The notes below the pieces were generated by a model. That model saw only the letters and a program-made list of their open reading frames with translations, was not told where the DNA came from and ran no database searches. The position numbers and the translations under genes are program-made. Positions 20,901-30,502 of a stretch of DNA of 64,000 bases are shown here, in pieces. The stretch spans positions 3,968,001 through 4,032,000 of the forward strand of contig OZ242326.1 of the NCBI GenBank assembly GCA_965208325.1. The letters run 5' to 3'. This DNA comes from Candidatus Poribacteria bacterium (GTDB lineage Bacteria; Poribacteria; WGA-4E; PCPOR2b). Numbering within the stretch: the first letter of the stretch is position 1; each line of letters begins with the position of its first letter.

Positions 20901-21740
20901 ATGAAGACCAACAGTCCGTCCCGTGATGAAACCTACCTTCGAGCCAACCGCGAGAATTGGAATGAACGGGTCGAACATCACTACGGCACCAAGTATTACG
21001 ATGTTCAAGGGTTTCTCTCTGGCCGATGCACGTTAAAGCCGGTCGAACTCAAAGCGCTTGGTGATGTCGCCGGAGTGCGAATTCTCCATCTGCAATGCCA
21101 CTTCGGCCTCGATACGCTTTCACTTAGCAGAATGGGCGGTATTGTGACAGGTGTGGACTTTTCCGAGGCAGCAATTCAGAAAGCACGTGACCTTAGCGAA
21201 ATGACCGAGCTGAGTGCCGAGTTCCATTGCACGGATGTCCACTCTGTGTGGGATGTGCTGGATTGCGGTTCATTCGATCTCGTCTTTGCCTCTTACGGTG
21301 TGTTTTGCTGGATACGGAATCTCTATCACTGGTTTGCGGTTGCGAGTGCAATGTTGCAACCTGATGGCAGAATTTTCGTCGTCGATGGGCATCCGGTGCT
21401 CGACATGCTTAACTATGATGCCGCGGGCGACAGATTTTCGTTCAACGGGAACTATTTCCACGAGGAAGCCCCCGAACTATGCACTGTCAAGGAGTCTTAC
21501 ACCGGGGAAGGCGGCAGTCTGGTGAATTCTACGACCTACCAGTGGTATCACCACATGGGTGAATTTGCCACGGCGGCTGCATCCGCTGGTCTCATGGTCC
21601 ATTCCTTAACGGAGTACCCCTATTGCCATTTTCGCAAGTTCCCGTGCATGGTTCAACGCTCCGACGGCTATTGGGAGATTCCAAATCATAACTTGCCCGC
21701 CATGTTCTCTATGGATTGCAGGAAGGTGCCTAACGTGTAA
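20901..21740 (+). CDS. Class I SAM-dependent methyltransferase
   Basis: 'LHLQCHFGLDTLS', 'GVDFS', 'FDLVFASYGV'. Confidence 0.88.
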   Translation: MKTNSPSRDETYLRANRENWNERVEHHYGTKYYDVQGFLSGRCTLKPVELKALGDVAGVRILHLQCHFGLDTLSLSRMGGIVTGVDFSEAAIQKARDLSEMTELSAEFHCTDVHSVWDVLDCGSFDLVFASYGVFCWIRNLYHWFAVASAMLQPDGRIFVVDGHPVLDMLNYDAAGDRFSFNGNYFHEEAPELCTVKESYTGEGGSLVNSTTYQWYHHMGEFATAAASAGLMVHSLTEYPYCHFRKFPCMVQRSDGYWEIPNHNLPAMFSMDCRKVPNV

Positions 21741-21789
21741 CCGCACAGTTTTCGCTGCGGTGTAATCGTCGAGGACTCCCGCCGCATAA

Positions 21790-22665
21790 ATTTTTTCTCA
21801 CAACCCTCAAGGAAGCCTTAGACGGAAAACAATCCGGGTTGGGGACCTCATCCTCACTCGAGCGTCTCCTTCGCAGGAGGTGTTGGACGTTTTTCGTACC
21901 CCAAAGGCCGGTTATCAAGATTATACCGTTGTTGTGATTGATACGACGGACTTTGAAAATGGCGGGGAACTCAATATTGACATTAAAGTCGGTAGAAATG
22001 AAGGTGAAGGCGATTTTTATCTGTTTGACGGCGAAATTGTACATTTTTCCGATGAAAGAACACCTAAAAACATGCTTGACCGGACAGGTTGTGGGCCCGG
22101 CGAAACAGGGCAGATCACGCGTCGTTGCTACAACGGTCGGGTATTTAGGTTAGGCGCGACCGGACAGCCCGATAGAGAGGAACCGTATGTCAACGCTTTT
22201 CGCGCCGCAGTTTCCGTACGGGAAAATCTAGATGAGGAAAATTCAGGTGAGGACACTTCCGTCTCGTCTTCAGCTGAATTGCGCGTTGTACTCGACAGAA
22301 CGCAACCGGCACAAGAGATATTAGACATTTTTCGTGCATCCGGCAGCGGTTATCAAGATTACACTGTTGTCAATGTTGACACCACAGCGTTGGAAGACGG
22401 CGGCGCACTCGATATCTAAATCCGGGTCGGCGGTGTGGATGCGTCCGGTTCGTTCGACTTATTTGCTGGCGGCGCTAAACTCCCGAATGAACGGATACTT
22501 GAGTCACTTGTCTCGGCATAGGGCGTTAAACCCAATACATATACAACAATTAGGCATTGTTTTGAGCGCGGCGAAGTTTTTAAGCTGGGCGCCACCGGAG
22601 ATTGGTTCAGCGAAAAAGGGGACATGAACGCTTTCTACCTAATGATTTCTATAGAGATGAATTGA
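21790..22665 (+). pseudogene. Pseudogene of a protein with a tandemly duplicated ~115-aa domain
   Basis: Two homologous units ('LD.FR....GYQDYTVV..DTT..E.GG.L.I...VG...G.F.LF...VF.LGATG.....NAF'). Unit 2 is broken by in-frame TAA 22417 and TAG 22519. The 5' end is truncated. Confidence 0.7.
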
Positions 22666-22825
22666 AATTTAAAACACCACCAAACGGTACCATGCATAAT
22701 CATTGATTGAGAAGGCGCAATCAACGTCAAAGGCTTCATCGCCGGACCCTGTCGTCGTTGCCTTGGCTGTTGGTTGGCTTGAAGGGCATAGGTTGCGGTG
22801 AACCAGTCAGGAATTCGGTGGTTGC

Positions 22826-23404
22826 GTGGATAATCCAAATATTGTTATCATCGGCGGTGAATCTCAGGCTGGAACGTACGTTCTGCGGATTCACCTCATT
22901 GAGGACACTACATTACGATTCGGGCGATTCAAGCGTGGGAAGCTGATTTCGCTGCCCGCCGGTGAATATTGCTATGTCGGTTCCGCGCTCTCGGAGAAGG
23001 GTTCGACATCTCTGGCGCGGCGGCTGATTCGGCACGCAACTCGGAGTGGGGGTCAAGCACCGCACCGTATTCGAGATGAGATGATGCGCCGATGCGTTGA
23101 ATGCGGTATGGGAAACGGCTACCTGCTACCAAAGCACGGTAAAACCTTGTTCTGGAACATTGACTTCCTCTTGGATTTAGGTTCGGCGGAGATTGCGGGC
23201 GTCTACGCGGTTCGGTCAGGAAAACGATTGGAAAGCAGGCTTGCCCAACAACTTGAGCGGGATTCACACACGGAAGTCATCGAACGCGGCTTAGGCGCTA
23301 ACGATGTCCCAGGCAACACACATCTGCTGCTCGTCCGCGCGGAGGAGCCGTGGTGGGAATCGCTCGCTGTGCAGATTGCTAACATAGAGGAAGACAAGTC
23401 ATAG
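22826..23404 (+). CDS. GIY-YIG-like nuclease family protein (DUF123)
   Basis: 'GTYVL', 'G.YCYVGSA', 'RRLIRH', 'WNIDFLL'. Confidence 0.75.
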   Translation: MDNPNIVIIGGESQAGTYVLRIHLIEDTTLRFGRFKRGKLISLPAGEYCYVGSALSEKGSTSLARRLIRHATRSGGQAPHRIRDEMMRRCVECGMGNGYLLPKHGKTLFWNIDFLLDLGSAEIAGVYAVRSGKRLESRLAQQLERDSHTEVIERGLGANDVPGNTHLLLVRAEEPWWESLAVQIANIEEDKS

Positions 23405-23478
23405 TCGGCTTGCAGCGGACGATGGTTTTTCATCGGTATCCTGAGCAGGAAAAGAATTAGGCTCTGTTGGAGACATGA

Positions 23479-26280
23479 TCATTGGCTGACTAGATGGCTC
23501 ACGTCTATTTTCCAACACTGAAGGTTTGAATCACCCTGAGAAAATAAGAATGTTTTGCCGTTTGGCGACATATATATAGGATTAGCGTTTACCGGTATGC
23601 TAAAGGAGAACTCCTTGAAAATTGAGCCATCAAGCGAAACCCGCTGGAATTTACCGAGATACGCATATGCAAGGTAAGTCTTACTGTCAGGAGACCAACT
23701 TGATCTAACATATTTCTCTCGTATCTTTGTTGGATTTCCACCGTCTATGGAGGCAACATACTGTCCTTGGTGCGATATCGTGAATGTCAGTCGCTTCCCA
23801 TCGGGTGTCCAGGCAATCTCTTTTTCATGCTCTGGAGTGTTCGTAATTTGCTTGGGTTCTCCACCCTTTGCAGGAAGAACATACAAATCGCCTTCCATTT
23901 CAGCATAGTGAGATGATTTCTTCTTTCCCTTCAAACGAAAAAATGCCAGACTATTCCCTTTGGGCGACCAAGTTACTCCCTCAAATACTCCGGCTTCGGT
24001 CAGTCGTTTTACCTTACCGCTGGCTAGCGCAACGACGCAGAGTTGTACGTTATGACCGCTTAATGTATTAAGGAACGCAATTCGTTGTCCGTCGGGCGAC
24101 CACCGCGGTTTTCGGGCAGAGAAATTGCTGTGCGTTAACTGTTTGGACGGTCCACCTGACACCGGCATGATTTGAATGGTGGCTGCATTGTAAAGCCTTC
24201 CACCTTGAGGCATCGTTATGAACTTTCGCTGTACAAACGCAATCCGCTTGCCATCATTGGAAAAGGTTGATTCACCAAGCTCGATTCTCTTCGGGAGTGA
24301 AATAGGCACCGGTGTCAACTCGCCCGTTTCGACATTCAGGAGGCCGGGTTTTTGGTTGCCCGACGATGGGAGACATAAATGTTTGCCGTCGGCTAGCCAT
24401 TGTAAGGGTTCAGACTGCCACATTAAACTCGGGTCCAAGCTCATGGTTCGGTATTCACCGTTTTTGAGACTAAGAGCATAGGTTTTATTATTGAAAGACG
24501 TTTCCACCATGATAATTTCTCCTCCGGATATCCACCTAATTGGTCTGCCAAACATATCCGAATCAGATTTAACAGCCTTGAGAAGAATTGGTTTTCCCGA
24601 AAAATTTCCTTGCTTATCGACTCCAGAGGCGTAAAACCCTTTCTGACTGTTTAATCTTTGGGTGAAGTTGGAATAATAAGCCATCCACCGTCCATCGGGT
24701 GAATATACGAGCGGCTTTAGTGCAGAACCATCTACTACGATCCTTTGCTTACCACCGTCTAATGCTTGAATCCACCTACGGCTACCAATCCCAACGCCTC
24801 GTCGCGATAAATAAGTAATCCATCTTCCATCTCCAGACCAAACTGGGTTCATGTTATCTTTACCATCGGTCGTAAATGGACGAATCTTCCCCGTAGCGAT
24901 CGATAGGATGAAGATATCTGTGTTTTCTCCGTTAGCCCTTTCAAATGCGAGTTCTTTCCCGTCAGGCGACCAACTTAGGCCTTCTGGCCTCTTGTTGGAA
25001 CCGGATTGCGCTAGGAAACGAACTTTGCCTCCAGACACGGGAATAAGACATACGTCCATGTCTTCACCAGTTTCGGGACTCGTCCCAGTAGAAGGACTGT
25101 GACGATAAAACGCAATCCAGCGTCCGTCCGGAGACCACTTCGGTACATAATAGACCGTTGGAATACCTTCATCCACCAAAACCGTCGGATTAACCGGTAT
25201 ATCTTGTGATGCGGATGTTACGGGCAAAACCAAAAGACCACGTGGAGTTGAAGAAGGCCCCCAACTGAAGTAAGTCATTTTTGTTCCATCGGGCGAAAAA
25301 TCGAGATTCCCACTAGGATTGACTTCATCAGGAAGGTATACGCCCGTTAATGATACACCATTTTTCTGCGAAGATCTGAGTTGTCCATCTCTGGTTAGCA
25401 GTTCGCGCCGCTGCGGTTTTTGCCCAAAATCGCCATCTTTCCCTTCAGCACCGAGTATGGCGACCCGAGTCGCTTGCGCGTCTACGGGAAGATCGCCATT
25501 TTCGACAACCTTTGTTTTCAGAGGCAGAGAGCCGCCCAGCCATTCACCCACCGGATAAAGCGGGCTGTGCGGAATGCTCAAGCTCAATAGCAGGAGAATT
25601 ACCCCACCCGCGGCGGATAGCCCCAAGGGCAGCGCGGTCTTGTGGGGTGCTGTCTGAATCTTTGCGTTACTGATTAACTCTACCACACGGGCGGTGAATC
25701 CCGGCTGTAATTTTCTTTCGGCAAAAGCGGTGCGTATCATTGGAATCATCTCCTCACTTAAAATTGTTTTTAATTTTGCTCTGGCTCGCACGAGCCGCTG
25801 ATCGATGGTGTTTGGAGACACCCGCAACGTTTCTGCAATCTCCTTGCTTTTCATGCCAGCCATGTAACGGAGCACTAAAACTTGACGGTGCATCTCAGGG
25901 AGAGAAGCCAATGCTTCATGAAGCTGTTCGACTCTCACCGCTTCCGAATCGGCATCAACATCCGCTTGGTGATTGAGATTCCGAGCGAGAAGGTTCATGG
26001 TTTCAACCTGTTCTTTTTGGGCGCGGTAAAAATTCTTGCACCTGTTGGCGGCAATCGAATAGAGCCACGGATAGAAATTGTCCCATCGCCGCAGTGTAGA
26101 CAGTTTCTTATAGGCGTTGAGAAAGATATCTTGGGTTAGGTCCTCAGCGTCTTGAAACTGCCCGACCTTCGCGTAAACGAGTGCGAAGATACGCTCCTTG
26201 TATTTGTCAACCAACAGGGCAAATGCCTCAGTGTTGCCCGAAAGACATTGATGAACGATATTACCGTCTCTGGTGTGCAT
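23479..26280 (-). CDS. ECF sigma-70 factor fused via a TM segment to a TolB/PD40 beta-propeller
   Basis: Sigma region 2 'DAEDLTQDIFLNAY...FYPWLYSIA.N' and region 4 'LPEMHRQVLVLRY..GM...EIAETL', then a hydrophobic segment and many 'WSPDG' repeats. Confidence 0.9.
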   Translation of the reverse strand: MHTRDGNIVHQCLSGNTEAFALLVDKYKERIFALVYAKVGQFQDAEDLTQDIFLNAYKKLSTLRRWDNFYPWLYSIAANRCKNFYRAQKEQVETMNLLARNLNHQADVDADSEAVRVEQLHEALASLPEMHRQVLVLRYMAGMKSKEIAETLRVSPNTIDQRLVRARAKLKTILSEEMIPMIRTAFAERKLQPGFTARVVELISNAKIQTAPHKTALPLGLSAAGGVILLLLSLSIPHSPLYPVGEWLGGSLPLKTKVVENGDLPVDAQATRVAILGAEGKDGDFGQKPQRRELLTRDGQLRSSQKNGVSLTGVYLPDEVNPSGNLDFSPDGTKMTYFSWGPSSTPRGLLVLPVTSASQDIPVNPTVLVDEGIPTVYYVPKWSPDGRWIAFYRHSPSTGTSPETGEDMDVCLIPVSGGKVRFLAQSGSNKRPEGLSWSPDGKELAFERANGENTDIFILSIATGKIRPFTTDGKDNMNPVWSGDGRWITYLSRRGVGIGSRRWIQALDGGKQRIVVDGSALKPLVYSPDGRWMAYYSNFTQRLNSQKGFYASGVDKQGNFSGKPILLKAVKSDSDMFGRPIRWISGGEIIMVETSFNNKTYALSLKNGEYRTMSLDPSLMWQSEPLQWLADGKHLCLPSSGNQKPGLLNVETGELTPVPISLPKRIELGESTFSNDGKRIAFVQRKFITMPQGGRLYNAATIQIMPVSGGPSKQLTHSNFSARKPRWSPDGQRIAFLNTLSGHNVQLCVVALASGKVKRLTEAGVFEGVTWSPKGNSLAFFRLKGKKKSSHYAEMEGDLYVLPAKGGEPKQITNTPEHEKEIAWTPDGKRLTFTISHQGQYVASIDGGNPTKIREKYVRSSWSPDSKTYLAYAYLGKFQRVSLDGSIFKEFSFSIPVNANPIYMSPNGKTFLFSQGDSNLQCWKIDVSHLVSQ

Positions 26281-26824
26281 AAGCGTTCTCTCGTCATGAG
26301 ATGATTGTTACTGCACTATATAGAAACCGCTTACCCCGAATTCTGACATCGGGTTGATTTTTTCTTGAGGAGAAAGGTCGCAATCGCTACAGTGGAATTG
26401 AAAATGTTCCTGCGAATATTGTACCCTGTCTGAACCAGGATTGACAGGATGTTGCATCTGTTCACAAGGAATTGATTACGCAATGGTGAATATATTGAAG
26501 GGCAGAGTGTATACTTATTTAGGTTCATGTTTACGCGAGGAGGAATTGACTGATTGATAATCGAGGCTAGGAAGTCTCTCCCACAAACCAATGGGTAAAT
26601 GTATAATTTTTAGCCGCAACGGCTTCAAAAAGCATGCAATACAGATGTGTTCCGCGTACGGTATGGAAAAGAAAAAGGCGTCCGTCTGCCGTGAAATTGG
26701 GGCAAATGGACGCCGCGAGGTGTGCGATAGTCATGGCAACCAAGATTGATATAGCTTCTTTCTTGGTACTTTGAGTTTTATGTAATGGTCAATGGGCATT
26801 GGTGACACTATCGCGCTTGGTCTA

Positions 26825-26860
26825 GACCCCCTCTAACTCCCCCTTGGCAAGGGGGAGAAC
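26825..26860. repeat. Palindromic intergenic repeat (CCCCCTTGGCAAGGGGG hairpin)
   Basis: GACCCCCTCTAACTCCCCCTTGGCAAGGGGGAG. A partial reverse copy (TTAGAGGGGGTC) lies near 1773. Confidence 0.5.
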
Positions 26861-26989
26861 TCTTCGATGGAAACACTCGCGTACGTAAATTTTCGTTTTG
26901 ACTAATACTATACTTTGAGTTTTCCTGCAATCCGATGGGGAGTGTCTGGATATTGCACTGTGAGACGAGGGTTTATCGGCATCGTAGCC

Positions 26990-29155
26990 TCAATCATCAT
27001 CCGTTTCTAAATTCCACATTACCACCGTTCCCGCCGTTGACGCCGCAACTAGTTTTGTGCCGTCCGGCGAGAATGCAACGGAGGTGACTGGATGCGGATC
27101 GCCTTGTAATGAAGTGATGATATTGCCTGTCGAGGCCTCCCACAATTGGACGGAAGCCCACGATCCCGAGGCGAGTTTCGTGCCATCGGGTGAAAATGCC
27201 ACAGAGGCGATCCTATCCTCATGCTCGAGTGTAGCGATATTTTTTCCCGTTGAGATCTCCCACAGTTTGATTGTGTTATCCCATGACCCCGAGGCGATTC
27301 TTGTACCATCGGGTGAGAACGCCACAGAGGACACTCTATCCATGTGCCCAGCGAGCGTCGCGATATTTTTTCCAGACGAAACCTCCCATAGCTTTACGGT
27401 TTTATCGCCGGACCCCGAGGCAAGTATTGTGCCATCGGGTGAGAACGCGACGGAGGAGACCCTATCCGTATGCGCTGTGAGTGTAGCGACGTTTTTTCCT
27501 GTCGAGATGTCCCAGAGCTTAACGGATTCTGCGCCCGAGGCGAGAATCGCGCCGTCGGATGAGAACATCACACAACTGACCCAACCCGTGTGCTTTTGGA
27601 ATGCAGCAATCTCTTTTCTTGTCTCGACATCCCACAGTTGGATGGAAGCCCATGACCCCAAGGCGAGTTTCCTGCCGTCCATTGAGTAAGCAACAGAGTT
27701 AATCCACCCGCTATGCTTGAGTGTGCCGGTATTTAGTCCTGTCTCAATGTCCCACAGTCTGACACCTTGTGATGCCGGCAAAGGGATAGCGAGTTTTGTG
27801 CCGTCAGGCGAGAACACCGCAGCGTTGACTGAACCCGCGTGGCTGAAATTCGTGACGATATTTTTTCCTGTTGAAACATCCAGCAGTTCAATCGTTCCAA
27901 GGTCTCCGGTGGTATGCGCAACTAGCGCACCATTGGGTGAGAACGCGAGGGACTTGTACAATCCATCTCCTTGCCCTCGGAAAGTCTTAATATTTTTTCC
28001 CGACACAACCTCCCACAGTTTAACAGTTCCATTCACTGATCCTGAGACAAGTATTGAACCGTCAGGCGAAAATGCCACGGAGGATACGCGATCCTTATGC
28101 CCTTTGAGTGCGTCGATACTCTTTCTCGTTGCGACATCCCACATTCTGACGGTTTTATCACCGGAACCTGAAACGAATCTTAGACCGTCGGGTGAAAACG
28201 CTACGGATTTGATTTCATCTGTATGTCCTTTAAGCGTGGCGATGTTTTCTCCCGTTGTAACTTCCCACAGTTTGACGGTTTTATCTATTGACCCTGAAAC
28301 GAGTTTTGCGCCATCGGGCGAGAACGCCACAGATCTTGGCAACTCCGTATGCCCGGTGAGTGTGGTGATATTGTTCCCCGTTGCGACCTCCCACAGTTTG
28401 ACTGTTGTATCCACTGACCCCGAAGCGAGTTTCGTACCATCGGGCGAAAAGGCTACGGACCAGACTAAGCTCCTATGGCCGACAATCGTGGCAAAACGTC
28501 TTCCCGTTGCGACCTCCCAGAGTTTAATGTCATCATCGTCACCCGCAGCGAGTAGCGTGCCATCGGGCGAGAATGCCACAGCATGAAGCCAGCCGGACCG
28601 ACCGCCGGCGAATAGCGCGAGTTCACGAGATGTCTGCACGTCATAAAGCCAGACACCAATGGTCGTTGCAACGGCGAGATGTAATCCATCGGGCGAAAAC
28701 GCTATTACTCTGTCACCTTGACTAATTTTCCCTTTTTCAAAGCGGGCGATGGCATTTTCCGGCAAACCCCACGTCTGATATTCTTGAAATCCAACGGCGG
28801 CAGGTAACCTGGGCGGTTTTGGCCTCCGTCCAAAATCGTCATCTTCCCCTTTAGTACCGAGTATCGCAACTCGAGTCGCTTCCACGTCTACGGGGAGTTC
28901 ACCATCCTCGACAACCTGTGTTTTTAGCGGCAGCGAGCCACCCAGCCATTCGCCCACCGGATAAAGCGGGCTGTGTGGAAGGCTTAAACTTAAGAGCAGG
29001 AGAATTAACCCGCCCGCAGCAGATAACCCCAAAGGCAGCGCGGTTTTGTGGGGTGCGGTTTGAATCTTGGCGTCACTGATTAACTCTACTATATGCGCGG
29101 TGAATCCCGGTTGTAATTTTCGTTCGGCAATTGCTGTGTGCATCATTTGAATCAT
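26990..29155 (-). CDS. WD40 repeat protein with N-terminal linker/TM module shared with the adjacent sigma fusion
   Basis: About 13 'GH...V.SVAFSPDG..LASGS.D.TVKLWEV' repeats. The N-terminus matches the post-sigma part of 23479..26280. Start is uncertain (ATG 29155 or 29146). Confidence 0.85.
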   Translation of the reverse strand: MIQMMHTAIAERKLQPGFTAHIVELISDAKIQTAPHKTALPLGLSAAGGLILLLLSLSLPHSPLYPVGEWLGGSLPLKTQVVEDGELPVDVEATRVAILGTKGEDDDFGRRPKPPRLPAAVGFQEYQTWGLPENAIARFEKGKISQGDRVIAFSPDGLHLAVATTIGVWLYDVQTSRELALFAGGRSGWLHAVAFSPDGTLLAAGDDDDIKLWEVATGRRFATIVGHRSLVWSVAFSPDGTKLASGSVDTTVKLWEVATGNNITTLTGHTELPRSVAFSPDGAKLVSGSIDKTVKLWEVTTGENIATLKGHTDEIKSVAFSPDGLRFVSGSGDKTVRMWDVATRKSIDALKGHKDRVSSVAFSPDGSILVSGSVNGTVKLWEVVSGKNIKTFRGQGDGLYKSLAFSPNGALVAHTTGDLGTIELLDVSTGKNIVTNFSHAGSVNAAVFSPDGTKLAIPLPASQGVRLWDIETGLNTGTLKHSGWINSVAYSMDGRKLALGSWASIQLWDVETRKEIAAFQKHTGWVSCVMFSSDGAILASGAESVKLWDISTGKNVATLTAHTDRVSSVAFSPDGTILASGSGDKTVKLWEVSSGKNIATLAGHMDRVSSVAFSPDGTRIASGSWDNTIKLWEISTGKNIATLEHEDRIASVAFSPDGTKLASGSWASVQLWEASTGNIITSLQGDPHPVTSVAFSPDGTKLVAASTAGTVVMWNLETDDD

Positions 29156-29422
29156 CTCCTCACTTAAGTTTTTTTCAGTTTCGTTTTGGCTCGTACGAGT
29201 CTTTGATGGATGACATTCGGATGCCCCGCAACACCTCGACATTCGTGTCCATTCCATGATTTTAAACGTGTTCAGCAAGAAGCGCAGTGACGACTTGTCT
29301 TTCTTGGGCACAATGAAAATTCTTGCTTTGATTTGAAGCAATGGAATAGAGTCGCGGATAGAAATTGTCCCATCGGCGCAGGGTTGATAGATTTTTATAC
29401 GCTTCGAGAAAGCTGTCCTGAG
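29156..29422 (-). pseudogene. Decayed ECF sigma-factor domain
   Basis: Minus strand reads QDSFLEAYKNLSTLRRWDNFYPRLYSIASN, against QDIFLNAYKKLSTLRRWDNFYPWLYSIAAN in the intact copy. It then has a stop, a deletion of most of region 4 and frameshifts; PNVIHQRLVRAKTKLK is retained. Confidence 0.8.
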
Positions 29423-29565
29423 TATAGAAAGTGAATTTGCCGCTGTCGAATTTGACGTGACTACGGCAGGCGCCCTACTGTGGGTACGAACATTTGGGGC
29501 TTCGGTGTTAATGGTGGGGGTGAAACTTGCTACAGGAAGACGTGTTTGCCCTATATGCTAAAATG

Positions 29566-29626
29566 TCGCGATTCGGAGATCGCTCCTACCGTCGGAAAGG
29601 TCGCGATTCGGCGATTGCTCCTACAG
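29566..29626. repeat. Two REP-like palindromes (TCGCGATTCGG.GAT.GCTCCTAC)
   Basis: Direct copies near 29566-29589 and 29601-29624. Each is an imperfect hairpin ending in CTAC (GTAG on the minus strand). Confidence 0.6.
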
Positions 29627-30394
29627 TTCGCGGCTGCGTGGGTTTGTCTTTAGGACATAGAGTTCTTCGAGGAATACGTCGTAATCAATGTGTTTATGAC
29701 CGCCCATTTTTCGGGCGATAGGGTCTCCGATGGTGTGCGCTAATTTCAACCGGCGCGGTAACGGAAGGGTCCGACGACGTACGAGATACTCGCGTATCGC
29801 CGCTAGTTCAGCGTCGGAAACCTGAGCTGGTTGAATCCAGCCGGCATAGACAAAATTCGACTTTTGGATGGTCGGGGGATGTACTGGATTGGGAGAAGCC
29901 ACGGCGTCCTCTTTAACAACGAGTGTACCAGCCGCTAAATCGCCCAACCGCTGCCAATTTTTGTTAAATAGCATAGCGACTAGCCCGGCGCCGTAGCAGA
30001 ATGGCAGAAAATCGATAATTCGGACCAAGTTCCTTATAGCTGAATCTGAAAAGTTGATTGGGTATCCGTTCGTTTTTATAACCCGCAAACCGAGTGCGCG
30101 CTTGCCCGGAGACTGGCCATTTGTTGTAATCTCAAACGCGATATAGTAACCCCAGATGAGCGCGAATATGGCTATGCTGGTAATTGCCACCAGCCAATTA
30201 CCAAAATTTTCATCTAGAACTGCATGGGTACGTATGATAACATAGACACCTATGCAAATAAGCGGGATTAGCACGGCGATATCAACGAATGCGGCATAAA
30301 AACGGGAACCGATTCCTGCAATACTATAGTTGATTCTGATTTGTTCAGGGGTTTCAACATATAGACGGTCGTTAATCTCTCTTTTCGTAGTCAT
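29621..30394 (-). CDS. RDD family membrane protein
   Basis: 'ETPEQI...AGIGSRFYAAFVD', 'GQSPGKRALGLRV', 'QRLGDLAAGTLVV'. Confidence 0.9.
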   Translation of the reverse strand: MTTKREINDRLYVETPEQIRINYSIAGIGSRFYAAFVDIAVLIPLICIGVYVIIRTHAVLDENFGNWLVAITSIAIFALIWGYYIAFEITTNGQSPGKRALGLRVIKTNGYPINFSDSAIRNLVRIIDFLPFCYGAGLVAMLFNKNWQRLGDLAAGTLVVKEDAVASPNPVHPPTIQKSNFVYAGWIQPAQVSDAELAAIREYLVRRRTLPLPRRLKLAHTIGDPIARKMGGHKHIDYDVFLEELYVLKTNPRSREL

Positions 30395-30502
30395 TCGATC
30401 TCCAGAGACGTTTATAAGCGCAAATAATTACGCGCAAACCCGCGCTGCGCGGGGTCTACTGCGCGTTTCCCGCAATATCATCAACTGACGACGCTATAAT
30501 AA

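Noticed and set aside
27057..28586. Long plus-strand ORFs (210 and 289 aa) with 'PSGENAT' repeats
   Set aside because: Antisense shadows of the WD40 repeats.
29156..29341. N-terminal 62 aa of the 783-aa ORF call
   Set aside because: Out-of-frame read of the decayed sigma domain; homology lies in other frames.
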